Positions 1 through 8,169 of a stretch of 35,489 bases of DNA are shown piece by piece; positions within the stretch are counted from its first letter, which is position 1, and each line of letters starts with the position of its first letter. Below the pieces are notes generated by a model. That model saw only the letters and a program-made list of their open reading frames with translations. It was not told where the DNA came from and ran no database searches. The stretch lies in contig JBBIJY010000027.1 of the NCBI GenBank assembly GCA_037445735.1, positions 1 through 35,489 of the forward strand, in the 5' to 3' direction. Source of the DNA: Armatimonadota bacterium (lineage in GTDB: Bacteria > Armatimonadota > Fimbriimonadia > Fimbriimonadales > GBS-DC). The translations under genes were made by a program, and so were the position numbers.

Positions 1-1987
1 CCGCTACTGTGGAGGGCGGCACCCACGGGCACTGGTGCTTCAGGCGTACCCACGCTGCCTTGGAGGGCACTCCGTTCTCGTCCACCAGAAAGAGCATATA
101 CCAGCCGGGTGGGGCAATCGCCGGATGCCACGGCGCTGTTACATGCAACACATTTGCTGACCCCACCTGAAAGTGCAGTCGCACCAGTCGCTGCTCAAAG
201 TTGACCGAGTGGGTCGCCGAGCCGGGACGCACCAGCACCACGGACTGAATCGCTGCACCTTCACTGGATAACCCGTACACCACCTTAAATACCTGCCAGT
301 AGTTCAACGCCGAGGGATCAGGATTGATTGCGCTAATGCGCGGGCGCTCCTGATCAGTCCGCTGCCGCCATACCCATCGCTGTGTCTGCTCATCCCATAC
401 TAAGCGGAACAAATACGGCGGTAGGTACACCAGCGGCACATGGTTATCACCACCGTTCGTGTAGCTTGCTGCCAGCACCCGCCCATCGGGCAGCAATAGC
501 ACCGTTGAGTGATGCCCCCGCCGCCCATCCGCCAACCTGTCTCCATCGCGATCCTCCTGCGGCGCCGACGCTACCTGCGCAAAGGTGCCGCTGCTATCTA
601 TCCCCGTTAGAGGGGGCGTGTAGAGCAAGCTGGTATAGAGCAGGCTTCCTGTAGCAGGATTCTTGCCTCCCACAATCAGCACCTGTCCAGTCGGCAGCAG
701 CACCGCGTGAATGTCACTGCGGGGCGTGTTGTCCACCCAATCGGGTACTGCATAGCGGTGGATTGTCAGGGTCGTGGGATCAAACTGGTGCAGATCAAAA
801 GAAAGGGCGGTGGTATCGCCAGTACCACCAATCGTCAGCACCCGATCCAGCACCTGATCCTGCAAGCTCTGCGGGTTCAGCAAAGCGCTCGGCAACACCA
901 CCGCTGTGCCGCCCCCACGATAGACATCTCTGGGGGGTGTTACCGGCAGCCACTCTGATCCTGGATCGGAGGGATTGCGCAAACGATAGGTAATTTGCCG
1001 CGGACCAACTGACATCACCGCTCCCTCCACCTGCGAAACGTTCAGATAGGATACCAGCAGCACATAAGGATACAGCGTGCGCAGGTCGGTGACTGCGCGT
1101 TCTCTTACGCCAGGCACAGGCCAGCTACTCCGCACCACCTCATTTGTACACGGATCAAACAGCTCGTGATACTGCGTGTACGCGTTATAACGAAGATCCT
1201 CTGGGAGAACCTCTGGACTATGCCGAATCCCACCGACCACCAGCACCTTCCCGTCGGGCAGCGCTGCCACGCTTGGATACCAGCGCGGCTCAGGCGCGCG
1301 ATCCACGCTCCTATCCTGTGGCTCAATCACCTGCCACAACCTATCTCGCGGCGGGTTCGTCTCCGAACGCTGAAATTGCGACGCCTGAAACACCGTGTAC
1401 AACCGCAATCCGATCACCCAATTCGCACCCGGCAGCAGGTTCCCGTGTCCACCCACGATTAGCAACCGACCGTCGGGCAACAGCGCCTGACCTCCACAAA
1501 ACAGATTGTAAATCGGGTAGTCGCCCGGGTCCGCCCACGGATGGGTGTCAAATAGATAGCGCACATAACCATACTGCCCTGCCTGGGTTGCCCCCTCCGC
1601 TGGGTTCCACAACAACACAGGGGTCAACGCTTGCCGCTGCACAAAGTAGCCCGACAAGTACGCAAAGTAGTATGGCTCAGCCTCAGGTGCAGGCTTGAGA
1701 TAGTCGTTGCGCCCCTTGCCATAGCCCCACAGCATCACCCAGCCGTAGGGCAACGCGCTGTCACCCACACGCGGCAGCAGCACCGCGTTGATGCCGTAAA
1801 TGTCCCGCCACGCTCTGTCAGGACCCCGATCACCAACAGGTTGATCCCAATCGAAGGAGGTTGAATTGAGTCGCCAGGTGACAACGGCGTTATTGTATTC
1901 TAACCAGTCCCAACGCCCCAGCGGGGCAACAAGGTACTCCTGGGCAGCAAGCCTTACAGGGAACAGTGCAAGAAGCAGGGTGCTCAT
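1..1987 (-). CDS. Secreted galactose oxidase/GlxA-like copper radical oxidase (kelch propeller plus DUF1929-type C-terminal domain), 3' end outside window
   Basis: Not in the ORF track because it runs off the window edge. Manual translation gives MSTLLLALFPVRLAAQ (signal-like), NLFCGGQALLPDGRLLIVGG, PRWYPSVAALPDGKVLVVGG, AVLLPTGQVLIVGG, RGHHSTVLLLPDGRVL, VVLVRPGSATHSVNFEQR and APPGWYMLFLVDENGVPS, all in one frame. The true start may be ATG 2132 via a G-tract frameshift. Confidence 0.9.
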   Translation of the reverse strand, partial: MSTLLLALFPVRLAAQEYLVAPLGRWDWLEYNNAVVTWRLNSTSFDWDQPVGDRGPDRAWRDIYGINAVLLPRVGDSALPYGWVMLWGYGKGRNDYLKPAPEAEPYYFAYLSGYFVQRQALTPVLLWNPAEGATQAGQYGYVRYLFDTHPWADPGDYPIYNLFCGGQALLPDGRLLIVGGHGNLLPGANWVIGLRLYTVFQASQFQRSETNPPRDRLWQVIEPQDRSVDRAPEPRWYPSVAALPDGKVLVVGGIRHSPEVLPEDLRYNAYTQYHELFDPCTNEVVRSSWPVPGVRERAVTDLRTLYPYVLLVSYLNVSQVEGAVMSVGPRQITYRLRNPSDPGSEWLPVTPPRDVYRGGGTAVVLPSALLNPQSLQDQVLDRVLTIGGTGDTTALSFDLHQFDPTTLTIHRYAVPDWVDNTPRSDIHAVLLPTGQVLIVGGKNPATGSLLYTSLLYTPPLTGIDSSGTFAQVASAPQEDRDGDRLADGRRGHHSTVLLLPDGRVLAASYTNGGDNHVPLVYLPPYLFRLVWDEQTQRWVWRQRTDQERPRISAINPDPSALNYWQVFKVVYGLSSEGAAIQSVVLVRPGSATHSVNFEQRLVRLHFQVGSANVLHVTAPWHPAIAPPGWYMLFLVDENGVPSKAAWVRLKHQCPWVPPSTVA

Positions 1988-2074
1988 GGTCAGAACGAGG
2001 AGCAAGCCAAAGCGAGGTTCAATGCGCGAACGCGCTCGTGCTCGGGAACGCCCTGAATGACCTACACCAGTTCG

Positions 2075-2084
2075 CCCCCCCCCC
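2075..2084 (-). repeat. G10 homopolymer in the 5' coding region of the oxidase gene
   Basis: Ten consecutive C on the + strand at 2075-2084. Confidence 0.95.
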
Positions 2085-2194
2085 GCAAACTGCAGGGAGG
2101 CTGTGTCCAGCGCTTCGTCCGATATGTCTCATTGCTCTGACCTCCCGTTTCCGATTGCCTGCAGGGCGTTTTCGTGGCAGGCAATTACGCTTCC

Positions 2195-2224
2195 ATTATA
2201 CCACACCCGATGGCGCTCGGGCAA
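2195..2224 (-). promoter_or_regulatory. Sigma70-type promoter of the oxidase gene
   Basis: Minus strand reads TTGCCC-N18-TATAAT with TGTGG directly before the -10. A GGAGG SD lies 8 nt upstream of ATG 2132. Confidence 0.65.
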
Positions 2225-2230
2225 GAGGTC

Positions 2231-2664
2231 GGTCTAAATGCGCCTGGGGAGGGCTGTCCAGAGCGGGAGCGCCGATTTTGAGTTCAGAGGGTACAAAGAG
2301 ACGCAAAAAATCCATCAGCAGCGCAGCTCCTCTTAACACACCACCTCATACGCATATCTCTATCCACACACATAACACCCTTCCCCACACCGCCGCGCCC
2401 GATTGCCTGTGAGCTGGTTCTTCACAGGCGCATCAGGGGTGGGGCTGCTCCCTCACCCCTGCACACGGTGCGCCACCCGCGCCTGAAAATAGGGGGCAGA
2501 AGGGCGGTGTGGTTATCAGGTGTTCGGTGTTTTCCCTGAACTGTCCCTCGGCGATTTCGCCCTGCTGCTCACCTCCTTGCCAGGTTATCGATTCGCCAGG
2601 CAGGGACGGATTCCTGCCGTTCGATGGTCAGCGAACTCACTGGATAGCCGCCTCCTGTTAGACC
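2231..2664. other. Nested inverted-repeat noncoding element (structured RNA or non-autonomous IS derivative)
   Basis: At least five properly nested complementary segment pairs plus two internal hairpins, and no credible ORF. Confidence 0.4.
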
Positions 2665-2722
2665 CACTCAAAGCGGTCGGAACGAGTATACCTGCTCTGT
2701 TGCAAGCACAGGAAGTCGGAGA

Positions 2723-2957
2723 GAGGGTGTTCGAAAAATCCAACCAGAGGAAAGGCTGCCCCTCACCCCGACCCTCTCCCCTCTGGGGAGAGGGAGAAAC
2801 GAAGCCCCTCTCCCCCTTAGGGGGAGAGGGTACGGGAGAGGGGGCTTCTCATACAGACACACAGCAACCTCTCACCCCGACCCTCTCCCCTCTGGGGAGA
2901 GGGAGAAACGAAGTCCCTCTCCCCCTTTGGGGGAGAGGGTACGGGTGAGGGGGCTTC
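2723..2957 (+). mobile_element. MITE-derived palindromic repeat cluster (109-bp tandem duplication, four CCCTCTCCCC/GGGGAGAGGG hairpins)
   Basis: Begins GAGGGTGTTCGAAAAATCC, matching the left end of the 10735-10865 element. 2762-2847 is repeated at 2871-2956. Confidence 0.8.
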
Positions 2958-3006
2958 GCTCAGGTCGAAGCAGGAGTTTCGGGCGGTGGGTGGTAGATGG
3001 AAGCGT

Positions 3007-4599
3007 ATGAACATTCGCGAGGCGACCTTTGAGTGGATGGAGCGGCGCGGAATCCGCTATCTGTTTGGTAATCCGGGCTCGACGGAGCTGCCGTTTCTGG
3101 TGGAGTTGCCCGACACGGTTCGGTATGTGCTGGCGTTGCAGGAGAGCGTGGCGGTGGCGATGGCGGACGGCTATGCACAGGCGTCGGGCAAGCCCGCGAT
3201 GCTGAACCTGCATGTGGCGCCCGGGCTGGGGAACGCGATTGGCATGCTGTATACGGCACTGAAGAACAACGCGCCGCTGATAGTAACCTGCGGTCAGCAG
3301 GACACGCGCCATCTGTTCCATGCGCCGTTGCTGTCGGGCGATCTGGTGGGCATGGCGCGTCCCGTGACGAAATATGCCTTTGAGGTGGTTCAGCCTGCAG
3401 ATGTGCCCGACGCGCTGGAGCAGGCGTATCACCTGGCGCTGACGCCGCCGCGCGGACCGGTGTTCGTGTCGATCCCGATGAACTTCTGGGACGCGCCTGC
3501 GGAGCCGCCGCGCCTGCGCGCGGTGCAGCCGCCGGGCATGCCGCAGGGTCTGGAACAGGTGGCGAGCGCGCTGGAGTCTGCACAGAATCCCGCGCTGGTG
3601 CTGGGCGCGAAGGTGGGCGGCGCGAACGCGGTGTCCGCGGCGGTCGCGCTCGCCGAGAAGCTGGGCTGCGCGGTCTATCATGCGCCGCTCAACTCGCGCC
3701 TCGCCTTCCCGACGAACCATCCGCTTTATGCGGGCATGCTGTTGCCTGCGGTGCCGCGCCTGCTGCAGGCGCTGAGCCAGCACGATTTTGTGCTGGTGGT
3801 GGGCGCGCCGCTCTTTCTGCTCTATCCCTACTTTCCGGGCGGGCTGTTGCCGCCGGGCGTTCGCGCGATGCTGATCACGGATGACCCGCAGGAGGCGACT
3901 CGCGCGCCGGCTGACAGCGCGTTCGTTGGTGATATTCGGGCGTCGCTGTGCTGGCTGGCGGAGCAGGTGCCTGCCCGCGCGTATCAGCCGCCCTCGCGCG
4001 CAGTTGAAGAGGCTCGTCGCCGCTCGGAAGCGAGCCGCGCACGCCAGCAGATGGGCGCCTTCTTTGTGCTGTACACGCTCGCCCGCCACCTGCCCCCGAA
4101 CGCGATTATCGTGGACGAGGCGGTCTCCTCCAGCCTCTGCCTGCGCGAGTTCGTGCGAATCCCCGCCACAGGCGACTACTTCACCTCCGCCAGCGGCGGG
4201 CTGGGCTGGGCGATGCCCGCCGCCGTCGGCATCAAAATGGCGCAGCCGGACCGACCTGTGGTGTGCGTGATTGGCGACGGCTCCGTGATGTATTCGGTGC
4301 AGGCGCTCTGGAGCGCGGTGCAGGAAAACGCGCCCGTGCTGTTCCTCGTGCTGAACAATCGCGCCTACAATATCCTCAAAAGTTTCGCGAAGGCGTTCTA
4401 TCCGGGCACGGAGAGCCGCCTGCAGGGGATGGATGTGCCCCATCTCGATCTGGTTGCAATCGCGCAGGGGATGGGCGTGCAGGCGCAGCGGATCGACAGC
4501 CCCGACGCGCTCGAAGAGGCGCTGCCAGCAGCCTTACAGGCTACTCAACCGACCCTGCTCGATGTGTGGATTGACCCCACCGTGCCGAACCTGTTCTGA
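3007..4599 (+). CDS. ThDP-dependent decarboxylase, benzoylformate decarboxylase-like
   Basis: FGNPGSTELPF, LQESVAVAMADGYAQA, GGLGWAMPAAVG and the GDGS...NN ThDP-binding motif. Confidence 0.9.
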   Translation: MNIREATFEWMERRGIRYLFGNPGSTELPFLVELPDTVRYVLALQESVAVAMADGYAQASGKPAMLNLHVAPGLGNAIGMLYTALKNNAPLIVTCGQQDTRHLFHAPLLSGDLVGMARPVTKYAFEVVQPADVPDALEQAYHLALTPPRGPVFVSIPMNFWDAPAEPPRLRAVQPPGMPQGLEQVASALESAQNPALVLGAKVGGANAVSAAVALAEKLGCAVYHAPLNSRLAFPTNHPLYAGMLLPAVPRLLQALSQHDFVLVVGAPLFLLYPYFPGGLLPPGVRAMLITDDPQEATRAPADSAFVGDIRASLCWLAEQVPARAYQPPSRAVEEARRRSEASRARQQMGAFFVLYTLARHLPPNAIIVDEAVSSSLCLREFVRIPATGDYFTSASGGLGWAMPAAVGIKMAQPDRPVVCVIGDGSVMYSVQALWSAVQENAPVLFLVLNNRAYNILKSFAKAFYPGTESRLQGMDVPHLDLVAIAQGMGVQAQRIDSPDALEEALPAALQATQPTLLDVWIDPTVPNLF

Positions 4600-4607
4600 A
4601 AATAGGG

Positions 4608-5033
4608 ATGAAGAAAGCCTATCTGTTCACGGATGGCGCGTCGCTGGGCAATCCTGGACCGGCGGGCATCGGGGTGATTCTGACCGATGAGCAGGGCACG
4701 GTGCTGGCGAAGTGCAGCGAGCCGATTGGCGTGGCGACCAACAACGAGGCGGAGTATCGCGCGCTCATTCGCGGGCTGGAGGAGGCGGTTCGGCTCGGTG
4801 TGGCGCATTTAGTGTGGTACACCGACAGCGAGCTGCTGACGCGCCAGTGGCGGGGCGAGTACGCCGTGCGCAGTCCGAACCTGCGCCCGCTGTTGCAGCA
4901 GGCACGGCAACTCGCCCGCCAGATCGAGCGCATCGAGGTGCATCATCACACGCGCGAGTTCAATAAAGCTGCTGACCGCCTCGCGCGACGAGCCGCTCAC
5001 CAGCTGCTGACGCAGATGAAGGGCGACCAGTAG
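4608..5033 (+). CDS. rnhA: Ribonuclease HI (archaeal-like/Rv2228c-type)
   Basis: TDGASLGNPGPAG, TNNEAEY, DSEL and NKAAD acidic catalytic motifs. Confidence 0.9.
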   Translation: MKKAYLFTDGASLGNPGPAGIGVILTDEQGTVLAKCSEPIGVATNNEAEYRALIRGLEEAVRLGVAHLVWYTDSELLTRQWRGEYAVRSPNLRPLLQQARQLARQIERIEVHHHTREFNKAADRLARRAAHQLLTQMKGDQ

Positions 5034-7999
5034 TAGGGGTGGCTGAAGCGCGGGTCGCGTTTGACGGCGAGCGCGGCGTCGCGCAGGGCAGCAGCGGGCG
5101 ATTTGCCTTCACGCAACCGCTGATAGTAGCCGCTCATCAGCATGGCGGTGCTTTCGTCGCTGACCTTCCACTGGCTGAGTATCTGCACGGGCACGCCGCA
5201 GACGGTCAGCGCCCACACCATGCCGATTGTGCCCTCGCCGGGGCGGGCAATCCCGCGCGCGCTCTCACAGGCGGACAGTACCACCATCTCCGCGCTTAGA
5301 GGCAGCTCCATCAGCTCGCGGGCGGTCAGGATGCCGTCCTCGTTCGCGTCGGGCGGCGGCTCCGCCAGCACCACACCGCTCTGCAGGGGCGCCACATTGC
5401 TGAAGTAGCCGTGCGTCGCCAGATGCACATAGCGATAGTGCGGGAGCTGGCTCTTGAGCGTCGATTCCTGCGCCTGCTCTCGGGTCAACAGTCGGGCGTC
5501 GGGGAACAGTCTGGCGATGGCTTCCGCCTCGCGCTCGGTGCCGGGCAGCGGCGTGATTCGGATGCCGGCTTCCGCCAGCCACTCGCCGGTGATGTCGCGG
5601 GCGCCAGAGGTCAGCGGGCGCGCACCGGAGGTGATGGGACGCGCACCGGAGGTGATGGGGCGTGCCCCGCTGGTCAGCGGGCGGGCGCCTGAAGTGAGCG
5701 GGCGGGCACCACTGGTTAACGGTCGGGCGCCGCTGGTTAAGGGGCGCGCCCCTGCCGTCAGCGGGCGCGAGCCAGTGGTCAGCGGGCGCTCGTCGTTCGC
5801 CGACGCCAGCGTCAGCATGCCAAACTGCGGGTTCGCCACCAGCAGCAGCTCATGCGTCGGGCGCGGACGATTGGGCGCGGTGCGCAGCTCGCGCAATAGC
5901 ATCGCCACCGTCGCGCTGGGCGCATAGCTCAGCTCGTAACGCTCGATCAGAAACTGCTTGCCGTCCAGCAACGCCTGGAACGGCACATCCCACAGCGTGC
6001 TGTCGGGACAGATAACCAGCCGTTGGATGCCCGTCAGCTTCGATGCGATGGGAGCAATCAGCAGGTCATACATCTCGATTGCCCGCGCTCGGTACTCGGC
6101 GTTGGGCACGGCGCAGGTCAGCACGAACGATTCCGTGCGCTCAGCCAGGGGTGGCTCGCTGAGCGGGATGACCCGTGCGCTCAGCTTCGGCTTGCCCCGC
6201 TCGGCGGTCAGGCAGAAGATGAGCAGGTAGTCGTTGCCCGCCTGCGCCGACGGCTGCAACAGCAGGTATTCGATCAGCGCGGTATCGGCAGGCAGGCTCT
6301 GCGCAATCTGTTCCAGCGTGACGGTGCGCACACCCTGCTGTCGCATCAGGTTCGGATGGCGGGCGTACACGCTGTCCATAAACGCCTGCCACTCGCGCTC
6401 CGCCTGCTGGACAGCCTCGCGCAGCTCGGTGAGCAGTTGCGGGTCGGTGTCGGGGTTCGCGCGGGCGGTCAGCAGGTTTTGCGTGGCGCGATCGAGCTGA
6501 TAGCGCAGTGCCTGCTCCTGCTCGCGCTCTTCGGGCGTCAGCGCCCGGCGCAGGGCGGAACGGTCGACGCCCATTAGATCGGTCAGCGTGCGCGCTTTGG
6601 CTTTCTGCGCGAGGGCGAAGGCGTCCTCGATGCGGTTCAGATTGAGCAGCAGGCTGATATAGCGGGCGTAGAGCGCGTGGCGGTTCTCCTGAAACGCCAG
6701 CTTGCCTTCAGTGAGTGCGCTCAGCGATTCGCGCAGCGTTTCGGCGATCTCGATCGCCTGCTGGTAATACTCGACGGCTTTCGTTTTCTCGCCGCTGCTG
6801 GCGTGGACGGCGCCCAGGTTGGCGAGCGCGACCATTTCGCCGCGGCGGTCGCCCAGCTCGCGATAGAGCGCGAGCGCGTTTTCGAAGCTGCGAATGGCTT
6901 CACGGGGGCGGTTCGTGCGCGCGTAGAGTGCGCCCTGCTGAACCAGCGCGTTCGCCTGCGCAAGCTTATCGCCTGTCGCCTGCGCGAGCAGAATCGCCTG
7001 ACGGAGGAGCGATTCGGACGCGCCCGGTTTGTCTGGTTGCAGGCGCGCTTCGACGGTGCCGAGCGCGGTCAGCGCGGCGGCTTCTGCCCGCTGATCGCCG
7101 AGTTCGCGGCTAAGGGCGAGCGCCTGCTCGTACTCCTTTCTGGCGTCGTCGTGCCGATTGAGCGCGGCGTAGATGTGTCCGATGCCGAGATGCGCGTTGA
7201 TGACGGCGCGGCGGTCGCGACCCTTCTGGCGCAGTGCCAGCGTCTGCTGGTAGTAGCCGAGCGCGAGTTCGGGCTGACCCATATCCAGAGACAGCGCGCC
7301 CACACCTGCTAAGGTGGTCGCCTCGCCTTCCATATCGTTCGCTTCGCGATAGAGGGCGACTGCCTGCTCGTAAGCCGCTAACGCCTTCTGCCATTGCCCG
7401 CCGACAGCGAGCAGGTTGCCGATGTAGCGCAGGGTTTCCGCCTCACCCACCTTGCTGCCCAGTTGCCGATAGCGAGTGAGGGCTTGCTCGAAATAGCGCT
7501 GGGCGTTGTGCAGGTCGCGCATGGCGTAGTAGACGGAGCCGATGCCCTGCAGGGTGGCGGCGATGCCATGCTGATGACTCAGCTGCTGGCGGAGTTCGAG
7601 CGCCTGCTGATACATCTGGAGCGCCTCACGCGCCTTGCCGAGATCGGCATAGGCGGTGCCCAGGTTGTGCAGGGTGTTCGCCTCGCTGACGCGGTTGCCC
7701 AGCTCGCGCCAGAGGGCGAGCGCCGTCTGCAGGCTTTTGAGCGCATCCGCGGGGCGTTTAATCGCCAGTTGCGCCACGCCGAGATTGTGCCACGCGCTCG
7801 CCTCGCCCACACGGTCATTCAGCGCACGCGCCCGCTCGATGGCTTGCTGGTAGAGCCGTTGCGCATCCTGCCAGCGTTCCTGCTGGCGAGCGTCCATCGC
7901 TTGCCGAATCAGCGTCTCCACCTCTGGATGGGCGCCCGTCTGCCCCTGCGCCATCAGTGAACACGCCGTCAACACCAGAGCCAGTATCGCGAATCTCAT
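4997..7999 (-). CDS. Secreted TPR-repeat plus CHAT (caspase HetF-associated) domain protein
   Basis: AGGAGG SD 5 nt before ATG 7999, signal-like MRFAILALVLTACSLMAQ, many 40-aa TPR repeats, and CHAT motifs LPGTEREA, HLATHG, VVLSACES, WKVSD and HPYYWSPF. Confidence 0.92.
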   Translation of the reverse strand: MRFAILALVLTACSLMAQGQTGAHPEVETLIRQAMDARQQERWQDAQRLYQQAIERARALNDRVGEASAWHNLGVAQLAIKRPADALKSLQTALALWRELGNRVSEANTLHNLGTAYADLGKAREALQMYQQALELRQQLSHQHGIAATLQGIGSVYYAMRDLHNAQRYFEQALTRYRQLGSKVGEAETLRYIGNLLAVGGQWQKALAAYEQAVALYREANDMEGEATTLAGVGALSLDMGQPELALGYYQQTLALRQKGRDRRAVINAHLGIGHIYAALNRHDDARKEYEQALALSRELGDQRAEAAALTALGTVEARLQPDKPGASESLLRQAILLAQATGDKLAQANALVQQGALYARTNRPREAIRSFENALALYRELGDRRGEMVALANLGAVHASSGEKTKAVEYYQQAIEIAETLRESLSALTEGKLAFQENRHALYARYISLLLNLNRIEDAFALAQKAKARTLTDLMGVDRSALRRALTPEEREQEQALRYQLDRATQNLLTARANPDTDPQLLTELREAVQQAEREWQAFMDSVYARHPNLMRQQGVRTVTLEQIAQSLPADTALIEYLLLQPSAQAGNDYLLIFCLTAERGKPKLSARVIPLSEPPLAERTESFVLTCAVPNAEYRARAIEMYDLLIAPIASKLTGIQRLVICPDSTLWDVPFQALLDGKQFLIERYELSYAPSATVAMLLRELRTAPNRPRPTHELLLVANPQFGMLTLASANDERPLTTGSRPLTAGARPLTSGARPLTSGARPLTSGARPLTSGARPITSGARPITSGARPLTSGARDITGEWLAEAGIRITPLPGTEREAEAIARLFPDARLLTREQAQESTLKSQLPHYRYVHLATHGYFSNVAPLQSGVVLAEPPPDANEDGILTARELMELPLSAEMVVLSACESARGIARPGEGTIGMVWALTVCGVPVQILSQWKVSDESTAMLMSGYYQRLREGKSPAAALRDAALAVKRDPRFSHPYYWSPFICVSSW
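5600..5788 (-). repeat. Nine in-frame 21-bp tandem repeats encoding RP(L/I)T(S/T/A)G(A/S)
   Basis: Read directly from the translation and the DNA; codons vary between units. Confidence 0.97.
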
Positions 8000-8075
8000 C
8001 ATGTCCTCCTGTTGTGTCCACTTGAACCTCACACCCACACGCTCGCCATCGCTGGCGAGATTCTGCCTCAGTTAG

Positions 8076-8086
8076 ATTGTACCACA
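8076..8086 (-). promoter_or_regulatory. Extended -10 promoter of the CHAT gene
   Basis: Minus strand TGTGGTACAAT about 75 nt upstream of the start. Confidence 0.5.
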
Positions 8087-8169
8087 ACCCTTCAGGTTCC
8101 TGCTACCTCTATGCGGCATCCGTGCAAGCCTCTGCACTGTGAGGTATCCTGATTCGCAGGGAGCAGGCG

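Noticed and set aside
382-2412. Plus-strand ORFs such as 1144-1698 and 1966-2412
   Set aside because: They are shadow frames opposite the oxidase gene and its upstream region.
2759-2957. CRISPR array
   Set aside because: The units alternate in orientation, the spacers are short and duplicated rather than unique, and no cas genes are present.
2520-3014. ORFs 2520-2948, 2668-2862 and 2817-3014
   Set aside because: These are translations of palindromic repeats (PSPRPSPLWGEG-type), with no credible protein signal.
2872-4443. 523-aa minus-strand ORF and similar long antisense ORFs elsewhere (e.g. 11347-12219, 19732-20766, 29781-30656)
   Set aside because: High-GC antisense shadows of well-supported genes; they show no motifs.
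4997-8038. CHAT protein as a type III-E CRISPR (Csx29) component
   Set aside because: It has a signal peptide and no neighbouring cas7-11, csx30/31 or array.
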